Shown here piece after piece: positions 1 to 13,401 of a stretch of 64,000 nucleotides of DNA. The translations under genes and the position numbers were made by a program. Below the pieces are notes generated by a model that was not told the origin of the DNA, did not search any database, and saw only the letters and a program-made list of their open reading frames with translations. The stretch's first letter is position 1. Each line of letters opens with the position of its first letter. Source of the stretch: Tubulanus polymorphus (taxonomy: Eukaryota; Animalia; Nemertea); the NCBI RefSeq assembly GCF_964204645.1, contig NC_134029.1, positions 15,494,950 through 15,558,949 of the forward strand, read 5' to 3'.

Positions 1-637
1 ATGGAGAGACACTGTAGTCAACAAATTGAAAGCTGAAGGAATTGAATGGCAATTCATTACCGAGAGAGGACCTTGGAAGGGTGGTTTTTACGAAAGACTG
101 GTGAGAAGTGTGAAGACTGCTCTGAAAGTTGTACTTGGAAAAGCCAAACTGACTTTTACGGAACTTTCGACAATTCTCACTGACATCGAGTCTCAGATCA
201 ACTCGAGACCACTTACAGTAGTCTCTAATGATAAGAATGACCCTGAACCATTGTCTCCTGGCGATTTTATGATTGGAAGAAAACCACAGTTTCTTCCAGA
301 TGTCGATTCTGATACGTCAAAGGCCAATTTTGGCAAGCGTTGGTGTTACCAACAGCGATTGGCTAAACAGTATTGGAAAAGGTGGACGAGAGAATATCTC
401 GTGGAATTATTACCTCTTAAGAAGTGGTTTGAGAAGAAAGAAAATGTAAGAATCGGTGACGTAGTTCTCGTATCTGAAGATGGTGTCAAACGACAGAATT
501 GGCAGATGGGAAGAATTCATGAAACCCACATGGGTCGTGATGGTCTTGTTAGAAGTGTTACCCTGAAGACGGCAAGGGGTTTCATCCGACGTCCCTTACA
601 GAGACTATACTTACTTGAGGCTAGTGAGGCTGCGTAG
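1..637 (+). mobile_element. BEL/Pao LTR retrotransposon, 3' end of pol (integrase core end plus DUF5641-like tail)
   Basis: ORF 26-637 has PWKGGFYERLVRSVK, EINSRPL-like, LSPGDFMIG, YWKRWTREYL and GDVVLV...W.MGRI...GRDGLVRSV.LKT motifs typical of Pao integrases; open at the window start. Confidence 0.92.
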
Positions 638-814
638 CTGTATGCTTCTACATACACGTTAAATTGTTTTAGCATTTAACTATTCTACAGTGTACGAAGT
701 AATTTTAATAATTGATCGTATTTCTTAGGTAGTATCATAACATTCAGTACAATTATGTATATCTTTTTTAGAAGTTTATGTGTGAAAATTAAACCCTTAA
801 TTTCCAGAGGGAAG

Positions 815-953
815 TGTTCCGAACTAAGATATTGTTTTGTTTCCATAGAGTGGTGCCCTCTGTGTGTAGAAAATAAGTTTGGTTCTGGCGGACATTACGC
901 CGTAATAAAGTTATGATCCACAAAATAACGATTTCATTGTTATTACAGCTACA
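815..953 (+). repeat. Probable 3' LTR of the Pao element
   Basis: Polypurine tract AGAGGGAAG immediately followed by TGTT at 815; internal AATAAA; ends ...CTACA. Right boundary uncertain because the partner LTR is outside the window. Confidence 0.55.
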
Positions 954-1168
954 AAAGGCTTGTTTTATTCGGCGATGAATTTAATTGAGAACACAAACCC
1001 TGTAGCGGGCTGTTTGATGTTTCGGGATGTTACAAATTACAAATTCAAGTCATGTGTCAACAATGACATGATACAACGTTTTCGGTATTCAAACCCTTTA
1101 GCGGGCTGTTTGATGTTGCGGGATGTAAAGAAATTACAAATTCAAGTCATCTGTCAACAATAACACGA

Positions 1169-2835
1169 TCACCTGCTCGGACGAGTCTGCCTGCACCTGT
1201 TAAAGTACGGAACCATTTTCCAGTTACTAGCATCACAGTCGGTACTAAATTTGCAAGCACCAGTCTCGAAATCAGGGAGGGCTAAAACAGGAGGGCTCGT
1301 GATTGCTATCTTTATGGCGTCAAATGCTCGCTGCTGCTCTACTCCCCACACAAAAACATAGCCCTTTTTAGTAAGCTGGTGCACATTTGGGCATACCCGT
1401 CAATTAACTTCGAATAATAGGTCACTAACCCCGTGCGGACCTCTGAAACCGTGGTCGGAACAGGCCAGTTCACACTTTTCTCAACTTTGGACGGGTCAGC
1501 CTCCATACCATTTTCACTAACAATATGGCCCAAAAACTTCAACCGTCCCCGAAGTAGATGATATTTTCTCGGTTTCAGTTAAGGTTTCCAGATCGGAAAC
1601 CTGAGAACACCTCAGTGAGTTTACCGATGTGTGACTCAACATCAGCTGAGTGAACAATCACATCATCGATATATATTAACGCTTTCCACGAAACCTTATT
1701 CAGCGCCAAAGTCATAACTCGGGAAAACAGGCAGGAGAATTAGTTAGGCCAAACGCTATGACGTTCCACTCCCACAACCGATTATCCGTGCAGAATGCTG
1801 TCTATGGTTTATCCCTCTGCTGTAAAGGCACACGATGGTACCCACTTGTGAGGTCAAGATAGGAGAATCATGACGACCCCGACAGAGCTTCAAGAGTGGA
1901 GTCAGTTCGTCCCAGCGGATGGCTGTCCTTTATTGTAGCATCGTTTAACTTCCGATAATAACAACACAGCCTAAAGCTACAATAAAGCTACCATCGGACT
2001 TCTTGGCAAGACAAGACGGATGTGGCCGTGGCGGTGTAATTCGGCAGTATGACCTTCGACAAACTGTCTATGACCCGGTGGTCAACCCCTCGGTTGTTGT
2101 TTGATGGGGCGATGGTTACTCATATCAATCTTAAATTAAACAAATGCGGTCCTCCCTATGTCAAAGTCGTCGCGGGAAAACACATCCCAGTAATCGAAGA
2201 CAACCTTCTTTAAAGCCTCGCGATCACTGTCCGAAATGTCGATTGCGTCGAGCTGCAGCTCCTTAAACAACACATTTAGACCCTCACTACTAGTACTACT
2301 AGTGGGTAGTGAGGATTCCAATACTTTTTAAAGCAGATTCACCGCCGTTGACACAACCTCTAACAAGGTTTTCGACTGGGAAACATACAACTGTTCCCTA
2401 GCTGCTAATGGTAAATTAACTCCAGTCAGAAACTGATCATGAGCCAGCTCGTCTTGTAGCGTATGCCCAGCGTCTGGATAGGCATTTTGGGCAAGCTCAA
2501 TAAGCGCGTCGGCGAAACGACCAAGGTTCTCTTGGCTATTTTTGTTCACGTGCCTTAAGCATGAGCTTATAAACACCAGGTGATTTTGTCAAGGACATAC
2601 GGTCTTCGATCGCTGCCGAGAATTCATCGTAAGTCAGTTCATCCAACATGTATAGGTTTTTGATGGCCAGATATGACTCATGGTCCACATACATCAAAAG
2701 GTGATTCTTCTGCACAGAAGGATTAGTTATCTCCATGAGTTCACAGTAACTGTCAAATCTCTCGAGCCATACCTCAAAATTGTGACCAGCGCTGTAAGTT
2801 TTAGGCGCAGTTACATTGACCTTGATGTGGTTCAT
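1169..2835 (-). pseudogene. Degraded Ty3/gypsy gag-pol (gag 2835-2328; RT and connection region 2321-1169)
   Basis: Gag-like FEVWLERFDSYC and FADALIELAQNAYP...DQFLTG; RT-like DVFSRDDFDIGRT, FLGHIVSENGMEADPSKV..WPVPTTVSEVR, AFDAIK..ITSPPVLALPDF, DCDAS; several frameshifts. Confidence 0.85.
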
Positions 2836-3964
2836 TGATGAGGTTTTGCCAGTACAGAGGGTGATTTGGATCTCGTATTTATAATGTTATGTTCCACTTA
2901 TTGTGTGACAGATGTTAGGAACTGATTCACGTCGAGGCGACTAGCATCTTGTTCACCCGGCATCGACATTATAAGTATAAGTCAGTTATTCCAATCAGTT
3001 ACAATATTATAGGAAAGATAAACCAAATTAAAGTTATTCGTATACCGGTCTCCCAAGCAATGCCTATAATAATAATTTTCTTTTTTTTAAATTTTCTCTA
3101 GTTCCAATTCCGATCAAATAAAGAATATGACAAGTTAACGGTTTTAACTGCTATGAGTGTCCGTTATAAGTCTTTCAAGTATTTCCTAATCACTAACGGT
3201 AAACGTGGTTTGCTCAGACTAGGTCCCCAACGAGGGGCCGCATTAAAAAAACAGATATCTGGCGTGATTCTCATTTCGAAGCGATTTCTCATTTATTCTT
3301 CGTGCACAAGTGGTGCTAAAAATAAAAGAACAATACCTCCCGCACCTGAAGAGAATATGTCAGAGGGGTGTTTTCATTTATAAAAATAAAAAGACACCTC
3401 CCACAACTCCAAAATAAAAATTCATACAGTTTAAAAAAGGTCACTTTTGACTTCTCTGGGTCTCCGGCATTTTCATTATTAGTCTATATTGTAAAAAAAA
3501 TTCACACGAAACCCTGTCAATTTTTCTATTTCATAATGTAATTTTGAAATGCAAAATGAATTCAAATTCAAACCACGATCGGATCTTTTTCGATCCTTTA
3601 ATATATTGTGTCGAACAGCGTACGGTAATTTATCCCTCAAGAACGTAACAACGACGTACGAATATGTTTCTCCACGGTATCGCAAAACTGATGCTTACTC
3701 CTGTTGTTGGCATTTGGTGGCAGAGCTAACACTCACGATTTCATATAGAATTTGGCATTTTTTCGGTTTTACCGAAACGATCAATTAGATCAATTTAATT
3801 TTTTGCGACGGAATAATTTTCACTCGATAGAGGTAGCCCATCTATACAAGCACGGGCATCGCCAGACAAATGAACTAATGGATGGCTGGACTTCTCTATG
3901 TTTGGTAATTCGTTTTGTTTATCAACTGTTATGGGCTGCCATCCCCGCCAAACAGACGCTAAAG

Positions 3965-4150
3965 TCATGACGTGATGGATAAACTCATAACGCGAAGGAT
4001 AATATCATGACGTGAAGGATCAACCTTAATCTAACGTGAAGGATAAACCCATAACGTGAAGTATAATGTTGTAACGTGAAGGATCAACTCATAATGTGAA
4101 GGATAATGTCATGACGTGAAGGATCAACTCACGCCATCAAGGATAAACTA
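3965..4150. repeat. ~20-bp minisatellite (CATRACGTGAAGGATAA...)
   Basis: About nine imperfect tandem copies containing CGTGAAGGAT. Confidence 0.75.
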
Positions 4151-6655
4151 TTATGTCACCAGATGGCGATTTGGATCTCGTTCGCAAATTCATTGATTGT
4201 TTTTCGGCAGTATCGAAATCCTGAGGCGAATGTTCAACCGACGATAATTCTAATTTTCTCCACTTCCAAAATGAATTGTAATATAAATGCTTCCTTATTG
4301 AACAATTCTAAGATTTGAGAATCCAATTCTTTTAAATGACACAGTCGTTCTTTGATACATTTTTAAAGTAGACGTACCCAGACTCCACGCAACTTTTGAA
4401 GTACTGTTTAGAACTGTTGGCTACGAACCAATGAAATGGTATGAAATGTATTCACTATGACAATATATTTACAAACGATCACGAGATATTCGTGACAATG
4501 TGATGAACGTTCGTAGATTCAAATATCACCCTGTTGTATCCACTGCATTTAAGACTAGGAAAAATCATTTCATTACCTAACCATCCATAACAGTAAACCT
4601 CGTTTATAACTTATAGTCGGGACCAGGAAATCCATACGTAATAGCCAAAATAAAAATCAAAAATGCTTACGACGTGATAAGCAATAATCAATTTCAACTT
4701 CTTTTAATTTTTTTATTGCTAATGCTAATTTGTTATTAGATCGTTACACTGCAACATAGAGAATTCGGTTTCGAATATCCGACAATGGATTTCCCCATAA
4801 ACGTAATTCTATGTACAATAGAGCAATTTCGTTGATATTCCCGTGTACATTATGGGTTTTGTCCAAATATAAATTGTCAAACTTACATATAAACAGGTTT
4901 AGCAAACTACTCGACACTCTAGCAAATATAAGGGGGTTCGATTAACCTTGATATGAATTGGCGTTTGACAGGATGCCTCGCCACCGTTTGATAATAAAAT
5001 ACGCTGCTTGGGTATTCAATATATTCCGGATATCAAATACTCTGAGAAAGAAAGATGGGAAGGCCATATCCACTGTATCTAATGTTTAACCGGGGTTCCT
5101 CAAAACTCTGCACTAGTTCCTTTTCATAATTTTTATCAACGTCATCTCTGAGAGATTCAAAGCTTTTACTAATTTTATAATTTTGTGGATGCCAGTTATC
5201 TATATACGGTATATGGAGATATGGCAATCCTTCAAAAATTCGAATACCCGAGTGACAGCTGTAAGAAAACCCGTTATCGCTGATTTTTATCTATATTGGT
5301 AGTTGTTATTCAATAGGCCATATATCATTTCAAATGGAAACGGATAACTTTTATTCTTATCTATGGTCCTATTTGTTTCACCAAAGGTTTTTTCTTGTCT
5401 CACCAAATGGTTTTTATTTCCCGATAGGTGGCAACAGGAGATTTTGATTTGGCCTTTTTGGACCCATCCATGTAGATCTACGTCGTAAACGAATACAGGT
5501 TATTCGTAGGTTTTCGCGAAGAAGGCAAATGTCAGGACTAAAGAAATGATCGATAAAAGTGAATTATCGCTAGAAGTCCGACGTCGTACCCGGAGTTTAC
5601 ATGCATATTATAAATTGACGCTTACATAAAAAAAAATTAGGTCATTTCATAGTTAACTACAAGATGAATAAGTAAAAAATAATGGTTGAAATAACTTAAA
5701 ACGAACATAGATCTAGTTTCTTAGGCCAACATATTTTTTATTCTTTGATCTAGTCGCTTATGCAAATATGTCCCGAGTGTCCCGCGTGTCAATTCGAATC
5801 ACTTTCGTCAAGTGTTCTTTGCATTTCTACCATTTTCTAGAATTTAAATTGAAATAAATCGAATTAATATTTTATCTTCTAGCTATAAAGAGCAAATGCC
5901 ATCAAAATAGAATATTGTGTAAAAATTATTTTCAAATGTGATGTATTCACAAATATCAAATGTGCCACTGGTTTGTATTTTAGTTCAGCCATTGCTGAGA
6001 AATGCGATATTTAAATCGGCATTTCAGGACGTGCTCGCTGTTATTGTTTATATGAGCAGTTGCATGTTTCTGACGTTATCACTGACAAACGCTCGCGGCT
6101 TCGAGTGATTTCACGTGATATTTTATCGTTTTGGGAGTGATATGAATTCGTAACGCGAGTATACAGTCGCGACCGTTGTATATGACATGGTAGTGGTATA
6201 TAAGTGAGTAGCGTTGTAGGGCTGTGGATACGATGAACAAATGATATTTATTTTATCGATTAAACATAGGCTACGCATACTACCGGGCACACGTGCTTGT
6301 GTTGATTTTCATAGAAAACATCAAAAATAGCACCACTGCGGGTTGTATGTGAACTATACGCACGGGTGAATGATAAATAAGTGACAAATATGAGGCTAAT
6401 TCGAGCAACTTTTTTCGATAACTCAGATCTCATGTCGTTATATTTATACTAAAGTATATTCTGGTTAAGAAATCGCGGAAAGTTCAATTTCGACATTATT
6501 TGCCCCTTAAAAAGGCTACTTGTATATTCAAGTTCAGATTTTTTGCTCGTTGGCGCTTGTTTATCCTTTTAATCAAAAATAAAACTGTAGACTTGTAATT
6601 ATCGCAATACGTAGTATTCTACAGTGTGTGTTCAAGTTCTGTTTATATTTTTTAG

Positions 6656-6781
6656 ATATCGATGAGTGTGCGGAAAACCCATCACGCTGTGTGCCAGGAA
6701 CATGTGTAAACACTCGTGGAAACTACACGTGTCGCTGTCCCCCAAATCATAAACTTATGCCATCCGGTCGACATTGTATGG
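6656..6781 (+). CDS. FBN: Fibrillin exon: calcium-binding EGF domain preceding a TB domain
   Basis: tttag|AT ATC GAT GAG TGT...CAT TGT ATG G|gtaggt; [42 protein letters not shown], phase 1-1; resembles the FBN1 cbEGF ending ...GGNNCM before the DMRRSLCY TB domain. Confidence 0.9.
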
Positions 6782-7829
6782 GTAGGTTATTAATTGATAT
6801 TGCGATGGGCATTCCTGCCATATGCCCTTACGAGTAATTAGTTCAACATGACGGTACATTAAATGGGTTCTAATTATTGACGTCCATAGCCCCATTCGTC
6901 CATTTACGCATTATATGGGGTGTGCTTAATCCTGCCGATGTATTAGGCTGTTACGTTCGATGATAGTTCTCAATCCTGGTGTACTTTTAGTAGAAATTAT
7001 ATTTGGTCTAACCAGTATTTGCTCGGTGTTGCCATATCACGGAAACACGGAATGTCGGAATTCCGCGATTCCATCATTCCCCGATACGACAACACCGGTA
7101 TTGCTAGCAGAAAAGTAACGCCTATATTTAGCCTATGGATAATGTTCGAAGATCACCGCGATCAGGCGAATGATAATACTCGCTTCGTATACATAATTCC
7201 CTGTAATTTGAAAAAAAGATTTCTCTCACCGTCAGTTCTGTGTTCGTTCCATACCGCGTATTCCTTCCAAACCGCCCATTCCTTTGAACTCATACGCTAG
7301 GAAAATACATTTACATTTGGCTTCATCTTGAAGCGACGTATTTTAAGCCAAACTTAAGTTATCCATATTTGAGATATAAATTATGATGATTAGCTGAAGA
7401 AAGCGATATTTTGTGTTAACACCACTACTAAATTGGCATAATTGGCGTTTTGGTGCATAAAGTGTTGGTTTTTGGAGATGATCTACCAACTCCGAGAAAA
7501 GTACGCATTGCACGGAAGTAAATAGGAATGTGTTGTTCTAGATCAAGGGTCGTAAGGTCGAAAAATAAATTCTCGCACACTCGAATTTATTTTTCGACCA
7601 TCCAACCTTTGATCTAGAACAACACATTCCCATTTACTTTAAATGTAAATGTGTTAAATTCTTGATTTTAACATAAAAAGTAACGAGTGATTAACAAGTG
7701 AAAAATCGCGTCGAGAAAACAGTGAATATTTATATTTATATGTGTTAAATTCTTACTTTAACATAAAAGTAACGAGGAATAAACGCGTTGATGAAAATAT
7801 CAATTTTAATAAAAAATTTGATATTAAAA

Positions 7830-8122
7830 TGGAAGCAAATAAGTACTACTGTCCAACATGTAAAATAAATATAGATAAATCTCAAAAATCAAGACATGAT
7901 AAAACTAAATCTCACTTAGAGAATAAATTAAAGTTAGAATATAAACATGATATATTAGAAAATAAATTAGAAGAATTAAAGAATGAAAAAGAAATATATA
8001 AATGTGATACATGTAATCAATCATTCAGTGAAAAAAGATATCATAAAGAACATTTTAAGTCTAAAACTCATATTAGAAATATGAATAATGAGTTAAATAA
8101 TATAAAAAGTAACGAGTACTGA
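7830..8122 (+). CDS. Truncated pPolB N-terminus (two zinc fingers) in element A
   Basis: MEANKYYCPTC...RHDKTKSH...YKCDTCNQSFS...HFKSKTH is near-identical to the start of the pPolB at 15133. Confidence 0.75.
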
Positions 8123-8278
8123 AGAAAATATCTATTTTAATAAAAAAATGACTAATAAATTAATGAACAGATACTTCAGTTTAAAGATATCGATTTAAAT
8201 GAATTAGAAAAATATTTTACAATTAAAAATTTCATTCCTATTAAAGAATCGATTAAAACTGCACGTTTTCGTTTTCAA

Positions 8279-8734
8279 GTGAATAATATTACTGAATTAA
8301 TGTTTAAAAATCATTATGTTATGATAGAGTTATCGAATGAAAAAGATAAAATCTTATTCAATACAATAATTCCAAAATTCACAACATTTGATGAAATAGA
8401 TCACCATTTAATAATTACAGATGAAATGCAATCACTTTTTAATAATGAAAATTCACATAAAACATTATTTCTACACTTACGTTATTGTCCTTTCAGAGAA
8501 TGCTATGTAATGTTTTTCAGAGTAGAAGAGAAAAGATTCATCCCCGACATTCCAAACGAAAAATCATTTAAAGATGTTGCAGTTCATTGTAATTTAGGCA
8601 ATAAAATCGAAACACCTAAATATGAACCTAATGAAAAAGTGTTATGTAATTGTGGAAAATATTATACTCGAAGCAATAAATCACACCATCTTAAATCGAA
8701 ATATCATAACTCAAAAATAATAATTCAACTCTAA
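8279..8734 (+). CDS. Hypothetical protein with C-terminal CxC...H...H zinc-finger-like motif (element A; true start probably upstream)
   Basis: 151-codon ORF ending EKVLCNCGKYYTRSNKSHHLKSKYH; no counterpart seen in element B. Confidence 0.5.
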   Translation: MNNITELMFKNHYVMIELSNEKDKILFNTIIPKFTTFDEIDHHLIITDEMQSLFNNENSHKTLFLHLRYCPFRECYVMFFRVEEKRFIPDIPNEKSFKDVAVHCNLGNKIETPKYEPNEKVLCNCGKYYTRSNKSHHLKSKYHNSKIIIQL

Positions 8735-8785
8735 ATATTCAAAAATAATATATTTCAAATTACTTTTAATTTTTCTGTTAAATAA

Positions 8786-8941
8786 ATGAAAGATTTCAGC
8801 ATTCCAATTGGAAAAAATGATTTGAAGCATTATCTCATAGCAGGAGGGTTAATATTAGCTTCACTTTTCTTTTACTATGAAAATATTAGTAAAGATTTGA
8901 TGAATGAAAATATAAAATTAAGTAAAAAGTTAAAGAAGTAA
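8786..8941 (+). CDS. 51-aa single-transmembrane protein (element A)
   Basis: AAATAAATG start context; MKDFSIPIGKNDLKHYLIAGGLILASLFFYY...KKLKK; too short for the ORF track. Confidence 0.5.
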   Translation: MKDFSIPIGKNDLKHYLIAGGLILASLFFYYENISKDLMNENIKLSKKLKK

Positions 8942-9829
8942 ATGGGAATCAAAGAAATAAAAAAGTTAATGATTTAAATGATTTGCTGGATTAAAACAGC
9001 ATCTTTTAATTTAACTTATTTTATATATTTTAACTATAAAAATGAGTGAAAGTAAGGTATTAAATTTATTACATCTAATATATAGATTGTATTAAATACG
9101 TATTAATGTATTGAATACATATTATGCTTTATTTCTGAAATTGAAGTCTCAGAAGTAATTTATTCTTTCATGAAATTAAATATTTGAATTGAATAAAATA
9201 AATAAAGAATTGAATAAAAAAACATTAGAAAAACAATAGAATTGAATAAGTTAGTTGGCTTATTGTTTTTCTTGTCAAATGTAAAGAAATTTAAAGTAAA
9301 CAAGAATTAAATAAAAAACATTAGAAAAACAATAGGTTTCTTTAACTCTGACTAAATAATACTAACTTATTCAATTGTATTGTTTTTCTAATGTTTTTTA
9401 TTCAATTCTTATTGATATTAAATAACTTTGCATTTGACTAGAATAATACTAGAAAAACAATAAACCAACTAACTTAGTATTGGTTAAAGAAACCTAGTCA
9501 AATGTGAAGAAATTTAATTTCATGTATGAATAAATCACTTCTGAGACTTCAATTTCAGAAATAAAGCATAATCTCGCACACTCGAATTTATTTTTCGACC
9601 TTACGACCTTTGATCTAGAACAACACATTTACTCACGGAACTGGTTTTTTTTTCGTACACGTTGTAGTTTTTAGACCCCCAAATTTCGGCACCATAGTCC
9701 AATATCGGCGTTACTAGAGTATTGTACAATTTCGTGAAAGTTTCAAATTGTAGCCCGTAGGTAGCTAGATGTTGTGCGACTCCCAGAGTTTGCTAGTGCG
9801 GATACAAAGAACGCAAAGTTTAAACAATA

Positions 9830-10812
9830 GTTCAGTTCTAGACCCAGTTAACGGTAGGAGTCGGTGTATTCCACTACTTTATACCCGAGTTTTGAATTCG
9901 AATTTAGATTGATGAGCGCGGACGTGCCTGAATTGCATGGTTTTTGTTTTTTCTAAATTGATTTTCATCTTCCATTTTTTTGTCCAATTATCAACTATAT
10001 CGAGCATTTTTGTAGTCCCGCCTCATTTTCGCTGATCAGTACAATATCGTCTGCTTAGAGTAGGGTGTTGATATATCTATCGCCTAACTTTACCCGCGTT
10101 AATTTTGTTAATTTCGTTCGCTAAGTCATTAATGTAGACAGAAAAGAGGGTAGGGCTCATCCCATCTCGCTGCCTCGAACCACAGTTAATTTCGAAGTCA
10201 TCCATATAAAAGCCATTGATTCTTACACAGCTTTGCATATCCCGACAGAGATTTTTTAAGATAAAAAATTTCCATTGAGTCCTAAGTTTTGGAGTTTGTA
10301 AAACAAACAGAGATGGTTAATAGAATCGAAAGCCTTCGCGAAGTCTATGAAACAGGCAAAGGTTGGTTGCTTTTGTTCCTTCCTATTACGGATTATTGAC
10401 GTAAGGGCAAATAGGTGGTCTATACAGTTTTGGTTTTTGCGGAATCCATTTTGCTCGTCGCATAATGATCAGGTATTTTCCAGGAATGCATTTGATCGAT
10501 TATTCAAAAAAGTCGTGAACAGTTTATATACCGTTGATAATAGACTTATTCCTCTATAACTTAACGGCTTTAATGGATCTTTGCCTTTCTTTAAAGGGTG
10601 AATTATACCACGTCTCCATGCGTTGGGAATAACACAGTTATTTAAACAATTAATGTAGTATTCAAGAGATTTAATCGGATTTTAATATTTCGTAAATTGG
10701 AATGTTGTCTATCCCGACGCTTTTACACAACTTTAGACTTTTTATCGCTTTTAACGTTTCTTCGAATTTAATTGGCTCGTTCAGGAAATTGCGGTTTAAT
10801 GAGACGTCCTGC
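9830..10812 (-). pseudogene. Degraded LINE reverse transcriptase fragment
   Basis: Reverse strand reads motifs like YRGISLLSTVYKLF, QNGFRK, CFIDFAKAFDSINH..LFYKL and INTLL*ADDIVL. Confidence 0.8.
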
Positions 10813-10814
10813 AT

Positions 10815-13401
10815 GATGGGTGAGAAGTCGATTATTGATGTTAATGAAAATCAATATTATTGCCCATATTGTAAAAAATACGTCGATAAATCTCATAAAG
10901 CACGACATGAAAAAACTGCAAATCATTAAAAAAATATAATAGATTTTGAAACACCAGAAAATTCCAATGAAAGAAAAGAACAATTAGAAAATATGAAAAA
11001 AGATGAAATAAAATTTAATATTTGTAATGAATCTATAGCAAAAAGGAATTATAAAAGACATCTCGAATCACATAAACACCAACAAAATTTGAACAGAACA
11101 GAATATTTTGATGATAAACCTCAACAAGTAAAAAGACCAGCTTCAAAATCTAAATATATATCAAATAAACCTTACACGGAAAATATTCGAAATTATATCG
11201 ATTCGCTAGAAATAAAAGATACGATTGAAATTTTAGAAACATTGCCTAGTAAAATTGGCCCTGCAGCTATTATATTTAGATTTCTCAAAGGATCAACAAT
11301 AGAAGATTATAGCAATTACATTGAAATAATGGAAAAAATAATGGACCTTATTACAGATGTTGAATATCCAAAAATTAGTATCTCTGGAAAAGTAAGTTTT
11401 ATAAAGTCAGAAGAAAAAATGGATTATAATATTCAAACATATTCTTAAGAAATAATTTTAAAAACACAAATAAAAGAGAAGTTAGAAATAATATTAAATG
11501 AATTTAAACGTCATATTGAAGAAAGATATTTTGAGGGTTCTGGTTTAACATTGAATGAAATTAAATTTTTGGATTTAAATATTTATAATACAAAAAGGAA
11601 TAAAGCATCAACAAGTAATCAAATGTTTACACATGATTCTGAACAAGAGAAAAGGACTTTAAAGCATCATCTTATATTAAATTAAAAAAAGCAATTTTTA
11701 AAATCAAGGGACAAAGGAAATGAATTAAATGAAGACATAGTTCAGGACCTACCAATTATAAATACAATTTAATAAGTTCATCAAAGATCTGCTGCTTATG
11801 AAATTTATATAAAATCAAATTATCCTGAATTATATGAAAGTCAATATATTTTTTTTAGAGGTGAAGATGTAGTAAAGGAATTTTGCAATAAAATAATTGA
11901 ACTAGAAAGTGCTTTTGCACAATTATTTAACAAAAATGAAAGAATAGTTATGACAAAAGAAGATGAAATTGATTTTAATTATGCAACTCATTGTTGTTAT
12001 TGTGAAAAACGTTTTTATTCGTTTGATAAAAAAGTTAGAGATCGTGATCATTTAAATTCAAAATATCATGGAGCTGCCAATGAAGACTGTAATTTACAAG
12101 CTAAAAAGTAAATTTCGTACCAATATTGTTTCATAATTTATCAGGATATGATACCCATCTATTTATAAAACAATCATCTGGAAAATTAGGTGCAATTAAT
12201 CAAGAAATAGAAGAATATAATGCTATTAATGACGCAAATGTGAGAAAATATGATTTTAAACTATTAGTTAAGACATTTGAAAATTACATTTCATTTCAAT
12301 TTGGTTGTTTGAGATTTTTAGATTCTTATAGATTTTAAGCAAGTTCATTAGATAATTTAGCAAAAGGTTTAGTTGATAATGATTTGTTATAACTCGACAT
12401 TATTATCCAAATGAACAAAATTTTAAGTTATTGAGATATAAAGGTGCAATTCCTTATTCATTTTATAAAACACACGATGATTTTAATGTAATAGAATTAT
12501 AAAAAGAACTATTTTATGATCAATTAAAAGAGGAGTACGTGAAAGATGAAGTTTTTGATAGAACATTAAATATTTGGAATCATTTTAAGATAAAAAATCA
12601 TGGTGAATTTGTAGATTTATACTTAAAATCAGATGTTATGATAATGGCTGATCTATTTAAAAAATTTTGAGGAGTTAATTTAAACCATTTTAATGTTGAT
12701 CCTTGTTATTGTTATTCAAGTCCTGGTTTAACCTGGCAATGTGGTTTAAAATATACAAATCTAGATTTAGATTTATTAAAAGAATCAGGCATGGTTTTAT
12801 TATTTGAAAAATCAATTACAGGTGGAATTAGTGGTGTTATGGGAAATAGGTATTTTAAAGCAAATGATGGATATAAATTATTAAATTTTAACGCCAATAA
12901 TTTATATTGTTGGGCAATGATGCGACCCCAACCAAATAAAAATCTTATATTAACAGAAGTTAAAAGTTATTGAGCCGTAGATGATAGTTATCTAAGTGAA
13001 TATGAGAAAAAAATAAAACCGGAAGACCATGTTTTTACAGAAAAATTAATATTAACACAAAATAATAAATACAATTATATCGTTCATTATAGAATGTTAA
13101 AATTTTATCTAAAACAAAGAATGAGATTAAAGAAAGTACATAGATATATTGAATTTGATCAATCGAAGTGGTTATAAAAATATATAGATTTTAATACTAA
13201 ACAGAGAACAATATCTAAAACAGATTTTGAAAAAGATTTTTTTAAATTAATGAATAATACTTTTTATGGAAAAACATGTGAACATATTAGAAATAGAAAT
13301 GATGTTGTAAATAAGTAAATAATTCTGAACGATTGAGAAATTTACAATCAAGTCCTAGACACTTAGGAAATAAAAGATTTGAAGATTATTTAACAGCAGT
13401 T
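10815..13401 (+). pseudogene. polB: Degraded, internally deleted Polinton pPolB (older divergent copy C)
   Basis: Zinc-finger N-terminus, IGPAAI.F.F.KG, FHNLSGYDTHLFIK, FGCLRFLDSYRF, SITGGISGV...NANNLY, FFKLMNN.FYGKT; collinear with 15133-22180; many stops. Confidence 0.88.

Larger units (their letters stand above)
7517..9633 (+). mobile_element. Miniature non-autonomous Polinton-family element A (~2.1 kb)
   Basis: Begins AGTAAAT, ends ATTTACT; 6-bp TSD CACGGA (7511-7516 and 9634-9639); terminal inverted arms; left end is a 122-bp hairpin (7517-7638). Confidence 0.9.

Noticed and set aside
3000-6600. Short ORFs and possible DNA-transposon ends (e.g. ...TTGCCCCTTAA at 6501-6511)
   Set aside because: No recognisable protein motifs and no partner TIR or TSD found; probably decayed intronic repeats
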